Source: Mesoplasma florum L1 (GTDB lineage Bacteria; Bacillota_I; Bacilli_A; Mycoplasmatales; Mycoplasmataceae). From it: 32,000 nucleotides of DNA. Shown piece after piece: positions 20,537 to 31,220 of the stretch. The notes below the pieces were generated by a model. It was not told the DNA's origin. It saw only the letters and a program-made list of their open reading frames with translations, and did no database searches. The stretch's first letter is position 1. Each line of letters starts with the position of its first letter. Location of the stretch: assembly GCF_000008305.1 (NCBI RefSeq), contig NC_006055.1, forward strand, positions 761,225 to 793,224. The letters run 5' to 3'. Made by a program: the position numbers and the translations under genes.

Positions 20537-22489
20537 CTAATCAATATCTAAATCTTCTACTTTAATGTCGATGATTTCACCTTTTTTTATTTTTTCATCT
20601 TCTTTTGCCATTCTGTTTTTTTGTTCTAAAACTTCTTCTGGCAATTTTTTATTAACATTAATGTATTCAATTTGTTCAGCAGTAATAGTTTCTAAAACCC
20701 TTAGTGATTCTGCCAATAATTCTAAAGTTTCCATATTTTCTTTAATTATTTTTAAAGCAATTTTGTATGACTCTTCAAGAATTTTTGAAATTTCAGCATC
20801 AATTCTAGCTGCTGTTTCATCAGAATAAGTACCTTCCATTTTACCGTATGACTCTTCAGCCATAGTTAAGAATTTTGTCATACCTAAACTTGACATACCA
20901 AATTGAACAACCATTCTTCTAGCTATATTTGTAGCTTTATCTAAGTCATCATGAGCCCCTGTTGTAACGTTTTCTTTACCAAACATTATTTCTTCAGCGG
21001 CTCTTCCACCTAAATAACCTGCAATAGTTGCGAATAAATCTTTTTTAGATGAGAATACTGTTTCATCTTTTGGAGTCATGATTGTGTAACCACCAGCATT
21101 TCCACGAGGTATAATTGTTACTTTTTGAACTTTTGATGCACTATCAAGTTTTAAACCAATTAAAGCATGTCCAGATTCATGATATGAAACAATATCTTTA
21201 TCTTGTTTAGTCATTGCTCTTGATTTTTTAGCTGGCCCACCAACTACACGATCAATAGCTTCATCAATTTCAGTAATTGTAATAATGTCACGTTTTTCTC
21301 TAACCATTAATATAGCAGCTTCGTTTAAAACGTTTTCTAATTGAGCACCTGAGAAACCTGGTGTTCTTTCAGCAACTCTATATCAATCAACAGAACCATC
21401 AATTTTTTTACCTTTAGCATGTAATTCTAAAATAGCTTTACGTTCTTTAATATCAGGTAAAGATACTTGGATAACTCTATCAAAACGACCTGGTCTTAAC
21501 AAAGCAGGGTCTAAAACGTCAGCACGGTTTGTAGCTGCCATAACAATAATTCCTGAGTTAGTTCCGAATCCATCCATTTCAACCAATAATTGGTTTAATG
21601 TTTGTTCGTTTCCACCTGAACCCATTCCATTATTTCTTTTTCTACCTACTGCATCAATTTCATCAATAAATATAATTGCTGGTGCTGATTTTTTAGCATC
21701 GTTGAACATTTCACGCACACGACTTGCACCAACCCCAACAAACATTTCTTCAAATTCTGATCCAGCGATAGAGAAGAATGAAACTCCAGCTTCTCCAGCT
21801 ACTGCTTTAGCAAGTAATGTTTTACCAGTCCCTGGTGGACCTTCCATTAGAACACCTTTTGGCGCTCTTGCTCCAGCTTCTGCATATTTTGCAGGGAATT
21901 TTAAATAATCTACTAATTCTACTAATTCTGATTTTTCTTCTTCGATTCCAGCTACGTTGGCAAATTTAACATCTGATTTTTCAGCACGAGCTCTATTTTT
22001 ACCCATACCAAATATATTACCTGCTCCAGCACCAGCACCAGAAGAACTTTTCATCATGAATCAAATAATTCCACCAAATAATAATACATAAATTAATAAT
22101 GGTGCTAATGAAACTAATAATGCCATTCCTACAGATCCTTGGTAAACAAGCGCTGGTCATGGGTAAGGTTTATCAGCCATTATAGTCTCAAACCTTTTTT
22201 GTGTCAAATATGCCACAAAATTTACATATTTTCCTGTACTTTCTAAAAAATAACTACCCTTTACAACAACCGTATTGTTTGAACCATAATAAATAATTAC
22301 ATTTTTTCAATATTTATCAGCGTTCGGATCTATTTGTGGTGATTTTGACATTCAATCTGCGAAAGTCGCGTCACTTATAACCTGAGTTGTTCCTTTAACA
22401 GTAACGGCAATAATAATAATTGTAACTATAATAGCTAATAAGATTATTAACCAAAACCATAAAGTTGACTTACTTTTTTTAGTCTTCAT
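20537..22489 (-). CDS. ftsH: ATP-dependent zinc metalloprotease FtsH (650 aa)
   Basis: Walker [14 protein letters not shown], the SRH region and the HESGHA zinc motif. Track ORFs 21383-22057 and 20537-21307 are in frame. The N-terminal TM region extends to ATG 22489 ([22 protein letters not shown]...) behind GGAGGAA. Confidence 0.97.
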
Positions 22490-22551
22490 TTTATTCCTCC
22501 ATCTCAAGATTTTTATTCTATTTTAATAATACCATTATTTGTATTATTACT

Positions 22552-23748
22552 CTACTTAATGGTATTTAAGATTTTCTTTGTTTTAGTACTGTAAACTACA
22601 GCTTTTAACATTCTATTTTTATATCTTATTTTTTTATCAATTAAATATCTATTTGTTTTTTTACCAAACGTATAAGTATTTAATTTATAAGTTAAAAAAT
22701 CATTTGTTATTACGTAGGGATAATTTTCCTTATTTCTTTTGATTGCGTTTAATAAATCTAATCAATTTATAAATTCTTCTGACAAGTATAAATCTTCTTT
22801 TGACTTGATTAAAATTGTTTTAGGTTGTATAGCTTTTGTTTCAATAATAAATAAGTTTTCATAATCTTTTATTATTGAGTATTCACCTATATTTATTTCT
22901 CAAAAAACTTTTTCTGAAACTTTAATATTTTTAGCAATTTCAAAAATAGTTTTGTTTCTTCTATTCTGGATAACAAAATCTTTTTTAATTACTTCTAATC
23001 ATTTATAAATTGTTCTTTGAATAAACTCTAGATCTTGGTCTTGTAAATTTTTATTTATTTTTAATTCATCAGCTGACATATTATTATTTACATATCAATT
23101 AACTTCTAAATTTATTATTTCTAATTTTTTATTTAATTTTTTTATTGTCTCTTCAAAATCATTAAAAGTGGATTCAGATAGATTTGCTCTTATTTTATTT
23201 CTTTTATATTTTTTATCTTCATTAGTTGAATCAATGACAAATGCTATATTTTCTTCTTTTAATGATTTAAGAATTTCAGATTTTAAAATATTTAGCATCG
23301 GTCTAACAATTGTTATTTCTTTATAAGTAGAAGTCTTATTTAAACCATAATGTTTAACATATCCTTTTCTATCTTGTTGTAATAAAAATGTTTCAACTAA
23401 ATCATTTCTATTGTGTGCTATAAGTACATTTTGAATATTATATTTCTTTGATATTTCAACAAAAAAATCATATCTGATATTTCTTGCTCAACTTTCAAAA
23501 TTTTCTTTTAGTTTTGAGTAATCTTGATTAATTATAAGTTTTTCAAGTTTTAAATTATTTTTTAAACAGAAATCTTCAACTAGTTTTTGATCTTTTCATG
23601 AGTCTTCTCTGAAATTATAATTAACATGACAAACAACAATTTCTTTAATATTCATTTTAATTAATTCGTTTAACATAAACATACTATCAGGCCCACCTGA
23701 CACAGCAACTAGATATGAAAGTGTTGTATTTAATTTAAATCTTTCCAT
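22552..23748 (-). CDS. tilS: tRNA(Ile)-lysidine synthase (398 aa)
   Basis: Hand translation from ATG 23748: MERFKLNTTLSYLVAVSGGPDSMFML (PP-loop SGGxDS). It is in frame with track ORF 23095-23298. TAG stop at 22552-22554. Several TGA codons fragment it in the track. Confidence 0.88.
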
Positions 23749-23751
23749 GCC

Positions 23752-24474
23752 TTAATCCTTAAAATACCTTAGTAATTCATTTGTATAAGATTCATCATCT
23801 TTATGAGAAATAAGCGGTTTAAGTATTTGCATACCTTCATTGCCTTCTAATATAGCATCAATTAAAACAGTTTTGGCTTCATCGTTTGCTTTTGAGTGAA
23901 CAAATTGCATTCTTTTTGGTGCAAATTTATATTTGTACATTAAATTGATTATTTCACCAATTCTTTCAGGTCTATGAACTAAAGTGAATGATCCACCATT
24001 TTTTAAAATTAAACCTGCGTTTTTAATTATTTCTTCCAAAGTAATTAAAGTTTCATGTCTGGCATTTACAACTTCTTCACTAATTTTTTTAACTTTTGAT
24101 TCTTCATGTTTTTTAAAAAAAGGAGGATTGCATATTACTGCATCAAATTTATTTGCCATTTCTTTTGCATAAGTCTTAATGTCAGAATTAACAATTTCAA
24201 CTTGCTCTGTTAACTTGTTTAACTCAATGTTTTCAATAGCCAACTCAGCAGCTTTTGTTTGAATCTCTACTCCTACAATTTTTGCATTTGTATATTTAGA
24301 AACTATTAACGGAATTACTGCATTATTTGTGCCAAAGTCTACTATTTTTTTAATACTACTTTTTAAATTTATAAATCTTGCAATCAATACACTATCTAAT
24401 GTGAAGTTAAACATTTCCGAGTCTTGATAAATTTTTCTATCTTCATAACCTAAAAGGTCATTTAAAATTTTCAT
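23752..24474 (-). CDS. SAM-dependent N6-adenine methyltransferase, YabB/TrmN6 (YfiC)-like (240 aa)
   Basis: Intact ORF. SAM-binding VDFGTNNA and catalytic CNPPFF (NPPF) motif. Its position after holB matches the Firmicute holB...yabB neighbourhood. Confidence 0.8.
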   Translation of the reverse strand: MKILNDLLGYEDRKIYQDSEMFNFTLDSVLIARFINLKSSIKKIVDFGTNNAVIPLIVSKYTNAKIVGVEIQTKAAELAIENIELNKLTEQVEIVNSDIKTYAKEMANKFDAVICNPPFFKKHEESKVKKISEEVVNARHETLITLEEIIKNAGLILKNGGSFTLVHRPERIGEIINLMYKYKFAPKRMQFVHSKANDEAKTVLIDAILEGNEGMQILKPLISHKDDESYTNELLRYFKD

Positions 24475-25217
24475 TACACTACCTCACTTATATGTATTAA
24501 GAAAACATCTATTGCTAAATTTGTTTGAAATGTAAATTTTAAATCATTAATTAATTGCAAAGTTGCTTCTGCTAAATTTAAATATTTTTTTATTATTGTT
24601 CTATTGTATGCAACTTCTAGCATAGCAATTAATTCAGACTTATCAATCTTTTTCAATTCAGCGTTTGCAAGCAAAATTGAGTTTTTATCTTTTTCTAAAA
24701 GTTCTTCAATAATATTTTTAGGTGATTCATCTTGATTTTCATTTTCTAAAACAATTAATTTACATCTTGATTTTATGGTTGGTAAAACTTGACTTTTATT
24801 TTTAGTTAATAAAATAGCAATTGTATTTTCAGGGGGTTCTTCAATAAATTTTAATAAAGAGTTTGCAGATTCATTTTTTAAATTTTCTGCATTAGATAAA
24901 ACATATACTTTAAACTTATTAACTTCATTAGTCGTCAAAGAAAACTTTTGCATAAGTTCAACGACGTCATTTTTGTTTATTGCAAGACTTCCATCTCCTA
25001 ATACTACAAAATTTGACAAACTTTTATTTTCAAATCTTTTGCAGTTATCACAAGAATCTTTTTCAATACCTAAGTTTTCACAAAAAATTGTTCTAGATAA
25101 ATTGTTTGCAAAATCATTTAAAGTTTCTTGATTATCGTTTGAAATTAATATAGAGCTAAACATCTTTTTATTTTTTAATTGCTCAACAAATTTTTCTAAC
25201 GCTTCTCTTTTTTTCAT
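24474..25217 (-). CDS. holB: DNA polymerase III subunit delta' (247 aa)
   Basis: Intact ORF lying between tmk and the yabB-like gene, as in Firmicutes. Clamp-loader-like pattern with a degenerate P-loop and a Cys cluster (CENLGIEKDSCDNC), then LKFIEEPP and TIKSRC (sensor). Confidence 0.85.
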   Translation of the reverse strand: MKKREALEKFVEQLKNKKMFSSILISNDNQETLNDFANNLSRTIFCENLGIEKDSCDNCKRFENKSLSNFVVLGDGSLAINKNDVVELMQKFSLTTNEVNKFKVYVLSNAENLKNESANSLLKFIEEPPENTIAILLTKNKSQVLPTIKSRCKLIVLENENQDESPKNIIEELLEKDKNSILLANAELKKIDKSELIAMLEVAYNRTIIKKYLNLAEATLQLINDLKFTFQTNLAIDVFLIHISEVV

Positions 25218-25831
25218 AATTCAATCTTTTCTAAGATAACTTTTTTAGTTTCTTCAAAAACTTCTTCAGGTGATTTTGAAGCATCAATGACAGTTATTCT
25301 ATTTGGTTCTTTAACCACTAATTCTTCGAAAGCTAATTTTACTGCTTCTTTAAACTTTCTTCCTTCTTCATCTAATCTATTCTTTTCTTCAGGTCTTGCA
25401 GAAAGTCTTTTTTCAGCATCCTCAAAACTTAATTCAAAATATAAAGTTAGATCAGGAAGAAAACCTTCAAGAATATTTTTTTGTAACTCATTTAAGTAAT
25501 CAACCCCAAGCCCTCTAGCTCCACCTTGATATGCGGTTGTTGAATCCATAAATCTGTCAGATATAACTATATATCCTTTTTTAAGATAAGGTTTGATAAC
25601 TTTTTCAAGATGTTCTTTTCTTGCAGCAATAAAAAGCAACGCCTCTGTTCAAGGTTCCATTCCTACACCATCTTTATTTAAAATTAGTTCTCTAATTTTT
25701 TCAGATAGCGGTAGTCCACCAGGTTCTCTAGTCATAACTACTTTATAATTCAAATCTTCTAAATATTGTTTTACTCTTTGTAGTGCAGTTGTTTTTCCAC
25801 TACCATCCATTCCTTCAATTGTTATGAACAT
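25196..25831 (-). CDS. tmk: Thymidylate kinase (211 aa)
   Basis: [16 protein letters not shown]-loop at ATG 25831 (the longer start in the track lacks an SD and overlaps recR). Track ORFs 25649-25906 and 25214-25639 are in frame. The stop at 25214 is a TGA; the true TAG is at 25196-25198. Confidence 0.93.
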
Positions 25832-25832
25832 A

Positions 25833-26423
25833 TTAAACCTCGTATTTCTTTCTATTTTTAAATGCGCTTTCAAGTGTTGTTTCATCCATATAATCAAGGC
25901 TACCACCCATTGGTATACCTTTTGCTATTCTCGTAATGTTTATATTCATGTTTTTAGTTAATTGATAAATATAATTTGTTGTTAGCTCTCCTTCAAAAGT
26001 TGCGTTTAATGCTAATATCAATTCAGTGTTTTTTTCAATTCTAGATAATAAGCTTTCAAAATTTATTTCTGAAGGTGATCTTTTTTTGTTTAGATTTATT
26101 TCTGATCCAAGTACATGATAAAGACCTTTATATTTATTAATTTTTTCAATATTATTAACATCAAGTTGACTTGCAACAACACAAATAACATTTTGGTTTC
26201 TAGTTTCATCTGAGCAAATCAAACATTCGTTTTTAATTTGATAGTAATTGCAAATAGGGCAAATAGAAAAATTGTCTTTTATAAAATTTAATTGTTTAGA
26301 AAAATTGTCTAAAGCAAATTTATCTATAATCAAATTATTTACCAATCTCTCACTTGTCTTTTTAGTAAGTCCATTGTTTTTATTTATATTATTTATAATT
26401 TCTTCAAACAATTCATTATTCAT
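25833..26423 (-). CDS. recR: Recombination protein RecR (196 aa)
   Basis: Intact ORF. C4 zinc finger [16 protein letters not shown] and a Toprim region ([10 protein letters not shown]...). SD GAGGAT lies before ATG 26423. Confidence 0.95.
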   Translation of the reverse strand: MNNELFEEIINNINKNNGLTKKTSERLVNNLIIDKFALDNFSKQLNFIKDNFSICPICNYYQIKNECLICSDETRNQNVICVVASQLDVNNIEKINKYKGLYHVLGSEINLNKKRSPSEINFESLLSRIEKNTELILALNATFEGELTTNYIYQLTKNMNINITRIAKGIPMGGSLDYMDETTLESAFKNRKKYEV

Positions 26424-26425
26424 AT

Positions 26426-28321
26426 CTAATCCTCTATTTCTAATTCATCTATATTAAATAATCTTGATGCTGCCTCAATTGTTTTATCATCAAAATGACT
26501 TAGCACCATAGATTGCTTTTTCTTGTCAAAATATGAATCATAATTTATTTCTTCATAACTTGGCAATTGATTATTTTCTTTAAGTCTCTTAAATGATATT
26601 TTAACTTCATTTCAAAGAGTTTCATCAATTGGTAAAAATAAAGCTTTTCCAAATTCTTTTTGAATAGACTCTCTATATTCTTCATTTTGTAAAAATACTA
26701 ATAGGTTATTTACATTTTCAAAATCATCAGCTCTTAAAAGGATTTCATTTTGAGATGCAGCTATAACTTTAAAGTTGAAAAAATTAATATATTTTTTTGC
26801 TAAATCAGGATTTAATAAATTATCTTGTTCATCCACTTTAAAGAAGCTATTTATTTTATTTTCAATATCCTCTCTTTTATTTTTATTGGCTCCAACTAAT
26901 AAGTTTATAACTTCATTAATTTCGACTTTATAAGTTTTCTTTTCTTCGTTATCAACTAAATTTTTATTTAACTGTATTTTTAAATTTGTTAATGTTTTTA
27001 ATTCATAATCATCATCTATTGAAACGCTTTCTTCTTTTATTTCAATATCTTTTACTTGTGTAATTTTTTCTTCAAATGTTTTTATTGGTTGTTCTATAAC
27101 TTCTTCTTTTATTTCTTCAACTTTTTCAATTAAAATTTGTTTTTCTGGTTCTTGTATATGAACTGGTTCAGCAATGACTTCTTTTACAATTATGTTTTCT
27201 TGAATTGTTAAAACACTTTCTTCAATTTTTATTTTATGTTCAGTTGGTTCTTTTAAAGTTTTTAATAAGCTAATTAATAAATAATTAAAATTAATATTTG
27301 TACCTTTTGTTTTTGCATATGCTTCACTTAAATTATCAGCCACTTCAAATAATGACTTTACATTTACTTGAGCAAATTCATTTAAATCAGATTTGTCTAA
27401 TATATTTAAAACATTTTCGTCATTTGTAAATTTGAACTCAATTATTTCTTTTACTATTTCTATTAAGCTTAAAGTGAAAACATCAAAATCCATTCCTTGA
27501 TTATTAGCTTTTTCAAAATAATTTATTATTGTTGCTGGATCATTATTTAAGATATTAGTTAATATTTTCATTTTTTCATTTTTTGTTGCAACATAGAAAA
27601 CTGATTTTAAATCTTCAACTGTTATGTGATCTGAAGTTACAGTCATTAATTGTTCAATTACGTTTGATGCATCTCTTAGTGATCCTTCTGAAATAATTGC
27701 TATTTCTTCAAGTACAGCTTTATCAATTTTATATCCTTCATTTTCACAAATGAAACTTAATCTATTCATCAATGATATTCTGTCTATTTTTTTAAAATTA
27801 AATATCTGACATCTTGAAAGTATTGTTGCTGGTATTTTTGCATATTCAGTTGTTGCTAAAATAAATATTGCATGAACAGGAGGTTCTTCAAGTGTTTTAA
27901 GTAATGCATTAAAAGCCGCTTTTGTTAACATATGAACTTCATCTATTATGTAAATTTTGTATTTACCTATAAATGGTAATGAATTAATATTATTTTTTAT
28001 TTCTCTAATTTCATCAACACCATTATTAGATGCAGCGTCCATTTCTATAATGTCAGGATTTCTTTGTTCATTTGAAGCTATACAACTTTCACAAACTTCA
28101 CAAGCAAGTCCATCTTTAATATTTAAACAGTTAACACTTTTGGCTAAAATTCTTGCTATTGATGTTTTTCCAGTTCCTCTTTGACCAGCAAAAAGAAATG
28201 AGTGACTTATTTTATTATTTTTTAATTCGTTCTTTAATATTTCAACAACATTTTGGTGCCCTGCTATATCACCAAAATTACTTGGTCTATATTTTCTATA
28301 TAAAGCTTTATTTTGTTCCAT
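26426..28321 (-). CDS. dnaX: DNA polymerase III subunit gamma/tau (631 aa)
   Basis: MEQNKALYRKYRPSNFGDIAGHQ...GQRGTGKTS...CEVCESC...IIDEVHMLT. The start ATG 28321 follows TTGGAGGA (the 31 extra N-terminal residues in the track are unlikely). The stop at 26612 is a TGA. My codon-by-codon extension adds 62 aa and ends at TAG 26426-26428. Confidence 0.95.
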
Positions 28322-28472
28322 GAATCCTCCAACTAATAAATTATATTTATTATTAATTTTAACATTTTTGAGTGTTGTTATAAACCTCTTGTGTGTAATT
28401 AATATATAAATCAATACTAATTTTAATAACGATTAAAAACCAAAATAATATTGCTATTTTAAAATAAAAAAA

Positions 28473-28483
28473 GCCCTATGGGC
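28473..28483 (-). terminator. Weak candidate terminator after tadA
   Basis: Minus-strand GCCC ATA GGGC followed by TTTTTTTATTTT. The stem is only 4 bp, all G:C. Confidence 0.35.
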
Positions 28484-28494
28484 ATTACTTTATC

Positions 28495-28923
28495 CTATCT
28501 TTTCTTTTGAAAAAAATCTGAAATTATTTTTTGGTATTTTGATTGAAGTTCTTCATGATCAAGTTTACGTATATTTATTTTAATTTGATCTATGTTCACA
28601 TCGTTTCTAAAGCTCAACTTTACATTTTCTGTTAAATATATTATTTCTTTTATCTTTGCCTGTTTTATTGCACCATAACACATCAAACAAGGTTCTAAAG
28701 TTGTAAACAGTGTATATTCAGAAAGGTTACCTTTTTTTATTTTTTTAAAGGCCTTGTTCATAACATTTATTTCAGCATGACCTGTTATTTTTTTTATTTT
28801 ATAACTATTATTTTTTGACTTAAAAACTATTTTATTGTCTTTTATTAAACAAGAAAAAACAGGTATGTCTTTTGATTTATTTTTAACTTTTATTTTATTT
28901 ATGTACGTATTTAAATTCTTCAT
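28495..28923 (-). CDS. tadA: tRNA-specific adenosine deaminase (142 aa)
   Basis: Intact ORF with the deaminase zinc motifs GHAEINVM (HAE) and EPCLMCYGAI (PCxxC). Confidence 0.9.
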   Translation of the reverse strand: MKNLNTYINKIKVKNKSKDIPVFSCLIKDNKIVFKSKNNSYKIKKITGHAEINVMNKAFKKIKKGNLSEYTLFTTLEPCLMCYGAIKQAKIKEIIYLTENVKLSFRNDVNIDQIKINIRKLDHEELQSKYQKIISDFFQKKR

Positions 28924-28945
28924 ATTTTAATTATAAACAAAAAAA

Positions 28946-29020
28946 CCGTGATACAAGACACATTCCCTTATAGCTGCTACCTTCCGGTCCTGACTCATTC
29001 GGGCGTAATCTTTATCACGG
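28946..29020 (-). ncRNA. ffs: Signal recognition particle RNA (small 4.5S-type)
   Basis: Minus strand: CCGTGATAAAGATTACGCCCGAATGAGTCAGGACCGGAAGGTAGCAGCTATAAGGGAATGTGTCTTGTATCACGG. A single long hairpin closed by CCGTGATA/TATCACGG, with the conserved domain IV GTCAGG-(A)CC-GGAA tetraloop-GG-(T)AGCAGC. A T-run follows it. Confidence 0.92.
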
Positions 29021-29027
29021 CAATATT

Positions 29028-29033
29028 ATTATA
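29028..29033 (-). promoter_or_regulatory. Candidate -10 box (TATAAT) for ffs
   Basis: Exact TATAAT on the minus strand, 7 nt upstream of the first base of the SRP RNA hairpin. Confidence 0.5.
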
Positions 29034-29056
29034 CATTTAAAATTGCTTTTTTAAAA

Positions 29057-29857
29057 CTAATCCAATTTAATATCACTCAAACTATCAATAATAAATTTGG
29101 CTTTATCTCTTATATTTTTATTATGTTCTTGCATCACTATGTAAGAATTATCATAAAACTCTTTAAACATTGATAAATCATTATTATCATCACCAGCAAC
29201 AATTATATCATCATTACATATATTGAAAACTTTCGCCATTTCTTTTATCGCATTACCTTTTGAAACGTTTGCATGATGTATCTCATTAAAAGTTATTTCT
29301 TTTAAATTATTAGAAACATAACTAAACTTTAAATTTTTATTTTCAAGTGTTTGCATAAGTTTTGTTCATACAGATGGTGTACAACTCATTTTAAAACATA
29401 TTATTTGCTTACCATCTATGTAATCAAAAGATCTATTCTGTGGTTTCATACCCATAAAAGTTATTTCCATCTCCTCTTTTCAAAAGTCATGATAAAAGAA
29501 ATCTTCTTCACCTTTAAATGAATAAACAAGACTAAATATTTCGCTTCGATTATTTTTAACAAATTCGATTATTTCTTTTGATAAATTTTCATCTAAATAT
29601 TGAGAAAAGATTTCTTTTCCTTGATTGTCATATATAGCTGCCCCTGCATTAGTTAAATAATAATCAGGTAAAAAATCAGAATAGGTTTCTTTAATATGTT
29701 TATCTATGTGCTCAAAAGGTCTACCTGTTGATATTATTATTTTATTTCCTTTTTGTTGTAAATTCTTAACAAAATTCATATCTTTTTCAGATATTATATT
29801 TTTTTCATTTCTACTATTTCTTAAAGTTCCATCAAAGTCTGTAAATAACCATTTCAT
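29057..29857 (-). CDS. Cof-type HAD-IIB phosphatase (266 aa)
   Basis: MKWLFTDFDGTL (DxDGT motif I), STGRP (motif II) and GDDNNDLSMF (motif IV). Track ORFs 29480-29872 and 29057-29356 are in frame across TGA codons. ATG 29857 is preferred because GGAG lies 9 nt upstream. Confidence 0.88.
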
Positions 29858-29931
29858 TATAAAAATCTCCATATTTATTTCTACAAAAATTATACATTTA
29901 ATGTCTCATTTAAAATAAATTTTTAATAAAA

Positions 29932-29953
29932 AAATAACAGTTTCCTGTTATTT
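29932..29953 (-). terminator. Rho-independent terminator after yidC
   Basis: Stem aaataacag (29932-29940) with ctgttattt (29945-29953), loop tttc. The minus strand then has TTTTTTTATT. It lies 4 nt past the yidC stop. Confidence 0.8.
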
Positions 29954-29956
29954 AAA

Positions 29957-31204
29957 TTATTTACTTAGTTTTTTTAATCTTCTTTCTTCTTGTCGTTTTC
30001 TACGTTGAACTTCTTGCACAGAACGATTTGCTTTGTGTTGATTTCAGAAGAAGAAACCTAAAGTTTGAATTATTTGGAAAGTTGATGAGAATATTCAGTA
30101 AATTGCAACCCCTGAGGCAACTGACGCAACAACAAAGATAAATACAAAGGCAAATACACCTTGCATAATAAATTGTTTTTTACGTGATTTTCTTTGTGCT
30201 TCAGTTAATGTTATAGATTTTTGTTTAATTGATTGTAAAACAAGTGGTAATAACATTGAGATGATTTGCAATGGTAAATAAACAGCAAGTAGTGATAGAT
30301 AGATTACTTCACCATTTAACATTTGAGATCATGGTTTTTCAATTAATGCAATCATACCTACGTTAGCAATTTTTAATGATTTTGTTGATCTAACAATTGC
30401 ATAAATAGCGAATAGGAATGGCATTGATGCGAAAGCCCCTGCCATTGATGAAAATGGTGAGAAGCCTTCTTTCTTTTGAAGAGCTTGCATCTCTGCTGAC
30501 ATTTTTTGTCTTGCTTGAGGTGATTTATCACCTTTATATTTAGCTTGAATGTCAGCTTGTTTTAATTGGAAAGCTTGTTGTTTGTGTTGATTTACTTGAG
30601 ATTTTCAAGTAAATGCCAACGAAATAGATTTAATAATAATAACTGTAAACAAGATAGCAAATATAACTGATACACCATAACTTGTATTACCTAGTTCTGG
30701 ATTCAATGTTCCGGACATACCTTTTATTAATGAGTTAAGTAATAAGGCTGTTGGATAAACGAAAAATCCATAGAAAGGTGAACCTGTTTTTGAGAATGCT
30801 TCTGATCATGAACTAATAACATTATAAGCATATTGTTGTCCATTTAAACCAGTTACAATCACTGCTCAGTTTTGAGAAGGTCTTTCACCCAATGCGGAAA
30901 TAACTATTTCAAATGAAACCCCTGGCATATATACTCTTCTACCAGTCATATCTGTTACTTCTTGAATTAAATATGGATCTTGATACATTTGTACACAACC
31001 TCAAATCATTGAGATTATGATGAATAAAAATCCTAAAATTTTAAATCATTTTCAAATTAACTTTAATATTCTTTTTCTATCATTACTGTCTGACATTTTT
31101 TGTCAAAAAGTTTTTTTTGATTTTGTGGTGCTATTTGAGTTCATGTATGACATAACCCCATTTTTCTTTGGGTTAGACATAAATAATTGATTTTCATTAT
31201 ACAA
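29957..31204 (-). CDS. yidC: Membrane protein insertase YidC/OxaA
   Basis: My hand translation is in frame with track ORF 30095-30322. It includes ...KSISLAFTWKSQVNQHKQQAFQLKQADIQAKYKGDKSPQARQKMSAEMQALQKKEGFSPFSSMAGAF..., typical of YidC, and a basic tail RQEERRLKKLSK before TAA 29957-29959. Start is either TTG 31204 (6 nt after AAGGAGGTG) or ATG 31180 (MSNPKKNG...). A possible lipobox is MIWGC. Confidence 0.88.
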
Positions 31205-31220
31205 AATTAGCACCTCCTTG

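Noticed and set aside
25832-25906. Longer N-terminal extensions offered by the track for tmk (start 25906), dnaX (start 28414) and the HAD hydrolase (start 29872).
   Set aside because: The extensions overlap upstream genes or lack an SD. The internal ATGs (25831, 28321, 29857) sit at canonical spacing behind GAGG/GGAGG/GGAG and give the conserved N-termini ([40 protein letters not shown]).
27780-27800. An A-rich stretch in dnaX (TTT AAA AAA ATA), considered as a programmed -1 frameshift site producing a gamma subunit as in E. coli.
   Set aside because: There is no downstream stem-loop and no upstream SD-like stimulator. The site lies within the conserved ATPase/lid region, not after domain III. 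A-runs are common everywhere in this genome.
31066-31197. A 44-codon ORF (MKINYLCLTQRKMGLCHTW...) starting at ATG 31197 and overlapping the yidC 5' end. I considered it as a MifM-like regulatory arrest peptide.
   Set aside because: It overlaps the yidC coding frame rather than preceding it. I recognise no hydrophobic anchor or arrest motif in it, and the SD spacing (13 nt) is poor. It is most likely fortuitous.
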